Source: Opitutales bacterium (lineage in GTDB: Bacteria > Verrucomicrobiota > Verrucomicrobiia > Opitutales > Coraliomargaritaceae). Taken from it: a stretch of 32,000 nt of DNA. Shown piece after piece: positions 17,915-26,426 of the stretch. The stretch spans positions 90,001-122,000 of the forward strand of contig JBMYVL010000003.1 in assembly GCA_049606355.1 (NCBI GenBank), in the 5' to 3' direction. The notes under the pieces were generated by a model. That model was not told where the DNA came from and ran no database searches. It was given only the letters and a program-made list of their open reading frames with translations. How positions within the stretch are numbered: position 1 is the stretch's first letter; every line of letters begins with the position of its first letter. The position numbers and the translations under genes are program-made.

Positions 17915-19450
17915 TTAACTGCGCTCTGGTCGTGGGAAAAGAATCGTCTTCTCGCCCAGTGATTGACCTGCAAGGGTTGTCCCCCAATCCAATTGCCCTT
18001 CCAGGCAGTCAAATTCAGCCGCCCCGATCAATCCGCGCACTTGTGCCGCAATCGCTGGCATCACCGGCGTCAACAGGACGACGCCCAGTCGTATCGCCTC
18101 CGCCATAGTAGCCAAAGAGGTTTCTAATTTAACGCGATCCTCAGCCGCCTCGGATTTAGCCAGCTTCCAAGGCGCTCGTGTTTCCGCGTATTTATTGATT
18201 CCGGAAATAAATGTGAAGATACGTTCCAAGGCTTTATGGAATTGAAAGCCATCCAACAAAGGGAGCAGCTCGCTGCGAGTCGATGCCCATAAGGCCTGCA
18301 ATTCTTCCTCGGGCGCTTCCTGTAGGCTAGCTACGGGTACTTTACCCTCGGTATAGCGTGCCCCCATGTTAAGCAATCGGCTGACCAAGTTACCCAAATC
18401 ATTCGCCAGATCACTATTGTAGCGACTGAGAAATAATTCCGTAGAGAATTCACTATCCTGCCCGACATTCATCTCGCGCGTCACAAAATAGCGAAATGCA
18501 TCCGCACCGAATTGCTCAATTAAGTCCAAGGGATTCACGACTTCACCGGTGCTTTTGGACATTTTTGCGCCGGAACTGAGCCACCATCCATGCACCAGAA
18601 AATGCTTGGGCAACTCGATATCGAGGGCTTTCAGCATAATCGGCCAATAGACCGCATGCGGCGGCACTAAGATATCCTTACCGATAACATGGTAGTCGGC
18701 TGGCCAGTTTTGCTCGAAGGCATCCGTGCCATAGCCTGCCGCTGTGATATAGTTGGTAAGGGCATCAAACCACACATAGGTCACGAAGTCCGGATCAAAG
18801 GGCAACTCAATACCCCACTCCAAGCGCTCCTTCGGGCGCGAAATACACAAATCGTTGAGCGGCTCCTTGAGGAATTGTAAGACATCTGCCGCCCGGAAGC
18901 GGGGGTATATCCACGCCTCATTGTTCTGAATCGTTTCGATCAACCAGTCCTGATACTGTGCTAGTTTAAAGAAATAGTTCGTCTCTACAACCTCTTCGAC
19001 TTCGCCGTAAATTTCGGGCCATTCACCATTCACTTTCTCCTTTTCAGTGACGAACTGCTCTTGGCGCGGACTGTAATAACCGGAATACTCCGCTTTATAA
19101 ATCTCCCCCTTGTCGTATAGCTTTTGTAATACCGACTGCACCACTGCCTTATGGCGATCCTGCGTAGTGCGGATATAGTCATCATTCGAAATCGTTAGAT
19201 GCTGACACAGGGATTGGAACTCCTCCGCCACGCGATCGCAAATTTCAATTGGCTGAATCCCCGCCTTCTGCGCCGACATCTGAACCTTCTGGCCATGCTC
19301 ATCCAAGCCCGTTACAAATTTAACCGAATCACCCTTGAGGCGACGGTAGCGGGCGACGATATCGGTCAGCACTTTTTCGTAGGCATGACCGAGATGTGGC
19401 GACCCATTGGCGTAGTCGATTGCAGTGGTAATATAGAAGTTCTTGCTCAT
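17915..19450 (-). CDS. metG: Methionine--tRNA ligase (short form, no C-terminal tRNA-binding domain)
   Basis: The ATG at 19450 gives 'MSKNFYITTAIDYANGSPHLGHAYE' (HIGH-type). 'KMSKSTGEV' (KMSKS). 511 aa. Confidence 0.95.
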   Translation of the reverse strand: MSKNFYITTAIDYANGSPHLGHAYEKVLTDIVARYRRLKGDSVKFVTGLDEHGQKVQMSAQKAGIQPIEICDRVAEEFQSLCQHLTISNDDYIRTTQDRHKAVVQSVLQKLYDKGEIYKAEYSGYYSPRQEQFVTEKEKVNGEWPEIYGEVEEVVETNYFFKLAQYQDWLIETIQNNEAWIYPRFRAADVLQFLKEPLNDLCISRPKERLEWGIELPFDPDFVTYVWFDALTNYITAAGYGTDAFEQNWPADYHVIGKDILVPPHAVYWPIMLKALDIELPKHFLVHGWWLSSGAKMSKSTGEVVNPLDLIEQFGADAFRYFVTREMNVGQDSEFSTELFLSRYNSDLANDLGNLVSRLLNMGARYTEGKVPVASLQEAPEEELQALWASTRSELLPLLDGFQFHKALERIFTFISGINKYAETRAPWKLAKSEAAEDRVKLETSLATMAEAIRLGVVLLTPVMPAIAAQVRGLIGAAEFDCLEGQLDWGTTLAGQSLGEKTILFPRPERS

Positions 19451-19499
19451 GAAAACGCGCAACGTTGGTGAAAAGCTGTATCCAGTGCAAGCCCCGCGA

Positions 19500-21026
19500 T
19501 TAGAGGATCGCTTCAATCATTAACTGTTTGCGTCCGCGGTAGATCGTCAGCTTCACCGCCAATTCAACGCGGCCCTCATTGGTTGCCAGGTATGACGGCA
19601 GGCCAGCGGGACCCAACATTTCTTTGTCTACCGCATAAGCACTCCAGGTGACTGCTCCCAGCCGAATCTGCAAGGGGCGCAGTTGTACCAAAGTTGCCTT
19701 CACGCGATAGAGCCGGCCGACGTAGTCGCCATAATCCGCTTCGTTAAGCTCACTTAAAAATGCGCCGTCTTCCAACTCCCCCAGAGCCGGATGTCCAGTT
19801 GCCACCAGCGGCAGCGCTACTGAGGGCACCTGCTTTTCGCGGCTGAGTTCACCCGTTGCGGTAAACGGGCGTGTCGAGAAGCGCGCAAAAATGGGGAAAT
19901 GATCCGAGCTGCCGCCACCGCGCTGCCCGGCAAAGTTCCATCTCAAAGGCCGTCCGATCGCATCGGCATTGACTCCTGGCAAAAGACAACGATCAAAAGA
20001 GCCATCTATATAGCTAATTCCATTACTGTCATAGAGCCCAGGGCTAGCAATTAGGTGCATGAGACTTCCACGACGCCCGCGCCAAACTTCTGAATAACGC
20101 TCCTCTGGAGGTAACTCATACCAGAAATTATACAGATCAGCTGTCGCAAAAGTCTCGTCCCCCTGCGCTCCCAATACATCGTTGATACCAGTGCGTAGTT
20201 TCGGGAAAAGGCGCGAGTGATTGTAATGCGAATTTAAATCGCCACCGATGAGCACGTCTGCTTCAGGATTCGCTGCGAAGCGTGCCTCAAGTAAACGGCG
20301 CAGCTCCTGCGCATTACGCACGCGAACCGTCTCTAAGCGACGATTCGAGGCTCCCGACTTCCAATGGTTGTTAAAAACTACCAAGGTGTGTCCCGCCACA
20401 TCGATCTCTACTTCCAAGAGTGCACGCGCACGGTGCAACGCATGGCTTTTCGCAGCAAGGATCGGGTACTTTGAAAAGACCGCATTCGTATGAGCGATTT
20501 CATTCGATACTGGCTGAGCCGGAGAATGCGCGACTTGGTAACCAGTCATCCCTACATCAGCCAAGGCTTTAAGCAGCCAATGAATGGCTGAAATATCTGC
20601 ATATGCCGGCTGCCAGGCATCGGTCAACATGCCTTCGACAGTCGTATGCGCATAGGTTTGCAGGAACGCCGCGTCCGTAAGCGCACTCCCCCCGGCTGAA
20701 AAATCTGCCTCAAATTCTTGAAAGAGAATAATCTCCGGGCCGGTCCCAGAGTTAAACTGCGCAAGCACACGCCGCGCGTTGACTAACTTCGTGAGTAGTT
20801 TGTGGCGCGTGTAGGCGTATGGATCGTTGGCTTCATCTTGTAGATAATCATCATACAGGGCAAAACCATCCACATCGAATAAGTTCTCTAAATTATAAGC
20901 AACGACCGTGAAATCCGCATGCCCTGCATCCCTAGCTACGCCGGTACCAACAAGTGCAACAAGTGCGAACCCAAGTGATAAAAATCGATGCACACGAATA
21001 GACTGCGGTGCATCGTTGCGGCACAC
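19500..21026 (-). CDS. Secreted endonuclease/exonuclease/phosphatase (EEP) family nuclease with a C-terminal OB-fold-like domain
   Basis: EEP motifs: 'VVAYNLENLFD', 'LFQEFE', 'NNHWKSG', 'GGDLNS', 'SSDHFPIFARF'. The track start is a GTG at 21026. An in-frame GTG at 20993 would give a clean signal peptide, MHRFLSLGFALVALVGTGVA. The last ~110 aa look like a beta-barrel. Confidence 0.8.
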   Translation of the reverse strand: MCRNDAPQSIRVHRFLSLGFALVALVGTGVARDAGHADFTVVAYNLENLFDVDGFALYDDYLQDEANDPYAYTRHKLLTKLVNARRVLAQFNSGTGPEIILFQEFEADFSAGGSALTDAAFLQTYAHTTVEGMLTDAWQPAYADISAIHWLLKALADVGMTGYQVAHSPAQPVSNEIAHTNAVFSKYPILAAKSHALHRARALLEVEIDVAGHTLVVFNNHWKSGASNRRLETVRVRNAQELRRLLEARFAANPEADVLIGGDLNSHYNHSRLFPKLRTGINDVLGAQGDETFATADLYNFWYELPPEERYSEVWRGRRGSLMHLIASPGLYDSNGISYIDGSFDRCLLPGVNADAIGRPLRWNFAGQRGGGSSDHFPIFARFSTRPFTATGELSREKQVPSVALPLVATGHPALGELEDGAFLSELNEADYGDYVGRLYRVKATLVQLRPLQIRLGAVTWSAYAVDKEMLGPAGLPSYLATNEGRVELAVKLTIYRGRKQLMIEAIL

Positions 21027-21057
21027 AAGCCATCACTCGCCGACTGCGCCAATCAGT

Positions 21058-21561
21058 CTAGGCCTCAATCGATCCGCCTCGATCTCGCGTCTCTTGCACA
21101 CATCGGTACAGGGCGATATCCGGAAGATCGATTAATATCTGCGCGAGATATTTAACCACTAGCACTATAAAAACGCGAAAAGCGCCCGTCACCAATGCTA
21201 GCATCTGAGAATCTGCGCCGGCATAGAAAGCGAATTTGAGCAATGCGGTGAGGACGCTACTAGCGATGGCGAGCCAGCAAAACGCATTCACCAAGGTCCG
21301 TGCCTCCGCATAAGCCGACTGTGCACGCACTTCGCGACGCAATGCGGCAGTCGCAGACAGAGCCGTGGGACGGTGTGATCCAGCCGGTGCGGAGCGCCGC
21401 CTTTCAAATGAACTGCGTGCGTCTTCCTGCTTGGCTTTCCCGACGCGTTCACGCGCTGAGCGATAGGCGGCATACGCCTGCTCCCACTGGTGGGAGTTCA
21501 TTTTACGCGTCGTCGGATCTATTTTCTCCCGCGACGCTTTAAAGGCTTCAAAGGTCTTCAT
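21058..21561 (-). CDS. Hypothetical protein: Arg-rich soluble N-terminal half plus two C-terminal TM helices
   Basis: An ORF with an ATG at 21561 ('MKTFEAFKASREK'), or a GTG at 21576. TM candidates are 'LVNAFCWLAIASSVLTALL' and 'MLALVTGAFRVFIVLVV'. It starts 24-39 nt downstream of sodN on the same strand. I recognise no family. Confidence 0.5.
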   Translation of the reverse strand: MKTFEAFKASREKIDPTTRKMNSHQWEQAYAAYRSARERVGKAKQEDARSSFERRRSAPAGSHRPTALSATAALRREVRAQSAYAEARTLVNAFCWLAIASSVLTALLKFAFYAGADSQMLALVTGAFRVFIVLVVKYLAQILIDLPDIALYRCVQETRDRGGSIEA

Positions 21562-21600
21562 AGCATTTGCATCCACGCGCTGACGTCACACTGCTTCGCC

Positions 21601-22047
21601 CTAGTGGTGGGGGTAATATACCATGAGGGCTTCGATCGTCTCGATCAGTACATCCACAGCCTGCGTCTGCACCCCTTGCTTCGTCTTCATCGCTGCAACA
21701 ATCACCGCATGGTGGTGCTGCAATCGCTCCACATAATCGACTTGGGAGGGCTTCACCCGTTGAGTTAGATAATAATCACACAAGGTACGGATAATTTTCT
21801 GCGCATGACTTTCTTTGGTATTTACCCAGCGTACGAGTTGCTGCTGGGACTGCGCATCGCTCTGAGACGACAGTTCCGCTATCTTCACACAGGCTTTATG
21901 AATCGTACTGGCATCTTCCAGCAAGCTGTGAACACGCGCATGATCGTCATAAATACCACAGGGCACCTGGCAGTGCGCATTCGCTAGACGTAGCCCAGAC
22001 ACCATAGCAGAGGCTATCAGTAAAAATAAAAGCGACTTTTTAAGCAT
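21601..22047 (-). CDS. sodN: Nickel superoxide dismutase precursor with a Sec-type signal peptide
   Basis: The Ni-hook 'HCQVPCGIYDD' (compare Streptomyces HCDLPCGVYDP) follows 'MLKKSLLFLLIASAMVSGLRLANA'. The mature length of about 124 aa is typical of NiSOD. Confidence 0.85.
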   Translation of the reverse strand: MLKKSLLFLLIASAMVSGLRLANAHCQVPCGIYDDHARVHSLLEDASTIHKACVKIAELSSQSDAQSQQQLVRWVNTKESHAQKIIRTLCDYYLTQRVKPSQVDYVERLQHHHAVIVAAMKTKQGVQTQAVDVLIETIEALMVYYPHH

Positions 22048-22177
22048 AACTCCGAATGGATCATATAATTCTTAAACGCGCAATGCAGATACGCTTGGTG
22101 AAAGGTGATCGGAGCGGATAAATGTATCGCCAAAGCCATCACTGCAGGGCACTAAGGAAGCTTTGACCACCCACATT

Positions 22178-22936
22178 ATGTCCGAGACCACCACGACACC
22201 CTTTGCACGCCCCGACAATCGAGCCGTCGACGAACTGCGCGCCATTCATTTTGAGACGGGCATCGCGCCGCATGCTCTCGGTTCGACTCTGGTTAGCTTC
22301 GGCCAAACACGCGTGATCTGTGCGGCCTCTGTCGACAATCGTGTGCCTGGCTGGATGCGCGCCCAAGGCGTAGCAGGAGGTTGGATGACCGCGGAATACT
22401 CAATGCTGCCCTACAGTACCCTAGACCGCAAAGCCCGCGATATATCACGCGGCAAGGCGGATGGACGTACCATCGAGATCCAGCGACTCATTGGCCGCTC
22501 CCTGCGGGCTGTTTTTGACCTCAAAAAGCTAACCGGCAAAACGCTCTGGATCGACTGCGATGTACTCCAGGCGGATGGTGGCACCCGCACTGCCTCCATT
22601 ACCGGCGCCTATGTTGCTGCCCAAATTGCTATTCGTAAGCTCATCGCCGAGGGGGAACTCACTGAAAATCCTTTCGCAGACTCCGTGGCAGCGGTTTCGG
22701 TGGGCGTCTACAAAAATACGCCGGTACTCGACCTCAACTATCTTGAAGACAAGGATGCGTCCGTAGATGCCAATCTAGTGATGACCGGCAGTGGTCACTA
22801 TGTCGAAGTACAGAGCTCTGGGGAGGAGTCGACCTTCAGTCGCAGCGAGCTGGATGCTCTCCTCGAACTCGGAGCCAAAGGGATCGATACGATTGCCGGA
22901 CTACAAGAACAAGCGATCTCCGCAGCACTCACATAA
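22178..22936 (+). CDS. rph: Ribonuclease PH
   Basis: 'RPDNRAVDELRAIHFETGIAPHALGSTLVSFGQTRVICAASV', 'GRTIEIQRLIGRSLR', 'CDVLQADGGTRTASITGAYVA'. The ATG at 22178 is preferred, but the TTG at 22163 is possible. Confidence 0.93.
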   Translation: MSETTTTPFARPDNRAVDELRAIHFETGIAPHALGSTLVSFGQTRVICAASVDNRVPGWMRAQGVAGGWMTAEYSMLPYSTLDRKARDISRGKADGRTIEIQRLIGRSLRAVFDLKKLTGKTLWIDCDVLQADGGTRTASITGAYVAAQIAIRKLIAEGELTENPFADSVAAVSVGVYKNTPVLDLNYLEDKDASVDANLVMTGSGHYVEVQSSGEESTFSRSELDALLELGAKGIDTIAGLQEQAISAALT

Positions 22937-23020
22937 GTACGCAACTTTCTTGTTTCCGCTACGATTCTAAGGGTGGTTGGCACAACGCCATACCGAACTC
23001 CAATCAATCCGTACCGAACC

Positions 23021-23347
23021 ATGAAAAAACAATCCGTACTCCTTGCCATACTAACAGCACTGGTCGCAACCAGCACGCACGCCAAACCCCTAGGCGATGC
23101 CACCGATTTGGATCAACAGCAACGGCCCTACCGTAGCGGACCGCTTAAAAAATTCGATTCCAATCAGGACGGCGCAATCACCCGCGCTGAAGCCGAGGCT
23201 GTGGCTTTGCAACGTGTGGATCGGCTCTTCAAGCAGCTCGACCGCAATGACGATCAAGTCATCACACGCGAGGAAAGCCTAGCCGCCCGCAAGCGCTTCA
23301 GCGAGAAACGAGGCAGCTTGCGACAGGAATTGCCGGTAGCGCCGTAA
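23021..23347 (+). CDS. Small secreted protein with two EF-hand Ca-binding loops
   Basis: A signal peptide 'MKKQSVLLAILTALVATSTHA' from the ATG at 23021. EF-hand loops are 'DSNQDGAITRAE' and 'DRNDDQVITREE'. Confidence 0.7.
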   Translation: MKKQSVLLAILTALVATSTHAKPLGDATDLDQQQRPYRSGPLKKFDSNQDGAITRAEAEAVALQRVDRLFKQLDRNDDQVITREESLAARKRFSEKRGSLRQELPVAP

Positions 23348-23370
23348 GGGGCGATCACATACTCGGCTCG

Positions 23371-23399
23371 AGCCCGAAGCATCACGCTTCGGGCTTTTT
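23371..23399 (+). terminator. Rho-independent terminator after the EF-hand protein gene
   Basis: A perfect 10-bp stem, AGCCCGAAGC (23371-23380) with GCTTCGGGCT (23386-23395). The loop is ATCAC and TTTT follows. Confidence 0.8.
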
Positions 23400-23524
23400 C
23401 TTTGCCAACTGCGCCGAAGCTTGTTCAATCCGCCACTTTATCAACGGGCTGGCGTCCTTTCGGTACGCGTAGACGCTCCACCGCCCACTTCAACCCATCC
23501 ATCGTCCGCATCCGCAGCGCTCTC

Positions 23525-25153
23525 ATGATTACGATCAATCAAGTAACTCACAATTTTGGCAAGAAGGTACTCTACAACCAGATAAATTGCGTCATCGGTG
23601 CCCACGACCGCATCGCTCTGGTCGGCTCCAATGGCTCCGGTAAAACCACCCTACTGCGCATGCTCATGGGTGAGGTGGAACCAGATAAAGGTTCTTTTGA
23701 TAAGCCTGATTATGTATCCATCGGCTACCTCCCCCAAGATGGCATCCACGTGTCCGGTAAGACTCTCTACGCCGAAGCTGAAAGTGCATTTGGCGACGTG
23801 CTCGAACTCCAGCAAAAGATCGAGAAAGCCGATGCCGAGCTACTCGAGATGGACACCGAAGCACCAGAGTATTACGAACTCATCGATACGATTGGTGAGT
23901 GGGAGCAGCAACTCGAAAACTATGAGCCTCAAAAGATGAAATCACGCATTGAGCGTATTCTCATCGGTATGGGCTTCCAGTCGTCTGACTTTGATCGAGA
24001 TACCGGTGAATTTTCCGGTGGTTGGCAAATGCGCATCGCTTTGGCTAAATTGCTTTTGCAAAACCCATCTTTGATTATTCTCGATGAACCGACCAATCAC
24101 CTCGACATCATCTCGCAGCACTGGGTCGAACAATACCTCAAGCACTACCAAGGAGCCATTATCCTAATTTCGCACGATCGCGCTTTCTTGGATGAGGTCA
24201 CAAACCGTACACTAGAACTGAAGCTCGGTGCTCTCAACAGCTTCAAAGGGAACTATACGTTCTACACAAAGGAAACTTCCGCGCGCTTGGAGCAATTGCG
24301 CAAAGCGCACAAGAACCAGCAGAAAGAAATTTCCGAAATTAAGGATTGGATCAATAAGTTCCGCTCCAATGTCAAAAAAGCCAGTATGGTGCAAAGCCGG
24401 ATCAAGCAGCTGGAGAAAATGGAGCTCATTCAAATTCCGCGCGATGAGAAGAAGATCTACTTCCGCTTCCCCGAGCCCCCACCCGCGAGCTCCAAAGTCA
24501 TCAATATCAACAATCTACATAAAGCCTATGGTGATAATACAATCTTTGCCGGCTTGAACTTACGCATCGATAAAGGTGATCGAATTGCGGTCGTCGGCGT
24601 GAATGGTGCAGGTAAATCCACCCTGGCACGCATCATGGCTGGTACGGAACCCTATCAGGACGGAGAAATTGAAAAAGGCTTGAACACCGTCATCAGCTAT
24701 TTCGCACAATCACAGGCGGACGAGCTCAACCCGGCAAATACCGTACTCGAAGAAGTCGAAGCCGCGGCCGTGGGCAATCAGGATGCGAATCCACGTGCAG
24801 CACTGGGGGCACTGCTCTTTTCCGGCGATGAAGCCCTAAAAAAAACCGCCGTGCTCTCCGGCGGTGAGAAGAATCGAGTCGCGCTGGCAAAGATGCTCAT
24901 GAAACCCGGCAACTGCTTAATCCTCGACGAACCCACCAATCACCTCGACATCAAATCGAAAGAAGTTTTGCAGGATGCGATCAACGCTTTTGACGGTACA
25001 GTCATTCTAGTTAGTCACGACCGTGCTTTCTTAGATGGCGTCGTCAACAAAGTGCTCGAAGTTTCGCCGGGCAAGACGCGCATGCTCACCTGCAATGTAT
25101 CCGAGTATGTGCAACGCATCGAAAAAGAAATGGCGGAAAGCGCGAACTCCTAA
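23525..25153 (+). CDS. ABC-F family ATPase (two ABC cassettes, no TM domain)
   Basis: The ATG at 23525 gives 'MITINQVTHNFG'. Walker A is 'GSNGSGKTT' and 'GVNGAGKST'. Signatures are 'FSGGWQMRIALA' and 'LSGGEKNRVALA'. Walker B is 'LILDEPTNHLD' twice. A charged linker lies between the cassettes. Confidence 0.9.
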   Translation: MITINQVTHNFGKKVLYNQINCVIGAHDRIALVGSNGSGKTTLLRMLMGEVEPDKGSFDKPDYVSIGYLPQDGIHVSGKTLYAEAESAFGDVLELQQKIEKADAELLEMDTEAPEYYELIDTIGEWEQQLENYEPQKMKSRIERILIGMGFQSSDFDRDTGEFSGGWQMRIALAKLLLQNPSLIILDEPTNHLDIISQHWVEQYLKHYQGAIILISHDRAFLDEVTNRTLELKLGALNSFKGNYTFYTKETSARLEQLRKAHKNQQKEISEIKDWINKFRSNVKKASMVQSRIKQLEKMELIQIPRDEKKIYFRFPEPPPASSKVININNLHKAYGDNTIFAGLNLRIDKGDRIAVVGVNGAGKSTLARIMAGTEPYQDGEIEKGLNTVISYFAQSQADELNPANTVLEEVEAAAVGNQDANPRAALGALLFSGDEALKKTAVLSGGEKNRVALAKMLMKPGNCLILDEPTNHLDIKSKEVLQDAINAFDGTVILVSHDRAFLDGVVNKVLEVSPGKTRMLTCNVSEYVQRIEKEMAESANS

Positions 25154-25315
25154 GTCACAACCGATCGATTGTTCGCAAGGCCGTGCTCCGTCGAAGCAGG
25201 ATCGAATCCGCTCTGAAAAACACCAATGACAAAAGAGATGACTTTACTTTAAGCCCGCGCGGCATAAGGGTAACTAAATTAGTCTAAATTAATATAACTA
25301 TAACTAATCAATAAC

Positions 25316-26347
25316 ATGCCAGTTGCAACACCACAGCAATACGAAGCGATGATCGACGCTGCCCAAAAGGGCAACTATGCCTATCCGGCGGTCAATATAA
25401 CATCGATCACGACGATTAACGCAGCACTCAAGGCTTTTGCCGACGCGAAGTCCGACGGCATCATCCAGGTGTCCACCGGTGGCGGTCAGTTTGCCTCTGG
25501 TCTAAATGTAGCAGACGCCGCTTTCGGCGCGATTGTTTTAGCCGAAGCCACGCATCTGTTGGCCGAAAAGTATGATGTACTGGTCGCGCTGCACACCGAC
25601 CATTGCCACCCTGAAAAGGTGGATGGCTTCCTCAAACCATTGCTGGAGGCATCCCGCAAGCGGATTGCCGAGGGCAAAGGTCCTCTCTTCCAATCCCACA
25701 TGTTTGATGGCTCTGTCGTGGACCTTAAGCAGAACCTCGAGCTCTCCAAAGAACTGCTTAAAGAGTGTGCGGAACTGAATATCATTCTTGAGGTTGAGGC
25801 CGGCTGCGTTGGCGGCGAAGAAGATGGCCACGACACATCGGGGCTTCCCGCTGAAAAGCTCTACACCACACCGGAGGATATGCTTGAAGTCTACGAAGCG
25901 CTCCAGCCGATCGGCCGCTTCCTCTTTGCTGCGACCTTTGGTAATGTCCACGGCGCCTACAAGCCTGGTGCCGTCCAGCTTAAGCCTACGATTCTTCGAG
26001 ATGGACAAAAAGCCGTCACCGATAAGCACGGCGCAGATGCCTTTATGGATCTGGTCTTCCATGGAGGATCCGGCTCAGAACTCAGCGACATCCGCGAAAC
26101 CCTTGAATACGGTGTGGTAAAGATGAACATCGATACAGACACGCAGTACGCATTCACCCGCCCTGTGGTCACTCACCTCTGTGAAAACATTGAAGGCGTA
26201 CTGAAGATCGACGGTGAAGTGGGTAATAAGAAAACCTACGACCCACGTAGCTACTTGAAGAAGGCTGAGAAGAACATGGCACTACGCCTCGTACAAGCGG
26301 CTGAAGACCTCTGCTCCAACGGCAAGACCATCTTCGGAACCGTCTAA
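25316..26347 (+). CDS. fbaA: Class II fructose-bisphosphate aldolase
   Basis: 'MPVATPQQYEAMIDAAQKGNYAYPAVNITS', 'GIIQVSTGG', 'ALHTDHC', 'FGNVHGAYKPG', 'LVFHGGSGS'. 343 aa, close to the actinobacterial-type FbaA as I recall it. Confidence 0.93.
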   Translation: MPVATPQQYEAMIDAAQKGNYAYPAVNITSITTINAALKAFADAKSDGIIQVSTGGGQFASGLNVADAAFGAIVLAEATHLLAEKYDVLVALHTDHCHPEKVDGFLKPLLEASRKRIAEGKGPLFQSHMFDGSVVDLKQNLELSKELLKECAELNIILEVEAGCVGGEEDGHDTSGLPAEKLYTTPEDMLEVYEALQPIGRFLFAATFGNVHGAYKPGAVQLKPTILRDGQKAVTDKHGADAFMDLVFHGGSGSELSDIRETLEYGVVKMNIDTDTQYAFTRPVVTHLCENIEGVLKIDGEVGNKKTYDPRSYLKKAEKNMALRLVQAAEDLCSNGKTIFGTV

Positions 26348-26367
26348 GCTCTAAGGATTTTCCATGC

Positions 26368-26399
26368 AAGGCCGGCTGTGTAACACAGTCGGCCTTTTT
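26368..26399 (+). terminator. Rho-independent terminator after fbaA (possibly bidirectional, between convergent genes)
   Basis: AAGGCCGGCTGTG (26368-26380), loop TAA, CACAGTCGGCCTT (26384-26396). There is one G-T wobble, and TTT follows. Confidence 0.75.
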
Positions 26400-26426
26400 G
26401 TTGCGCATTGCCGGCAGGCAGCTGGG

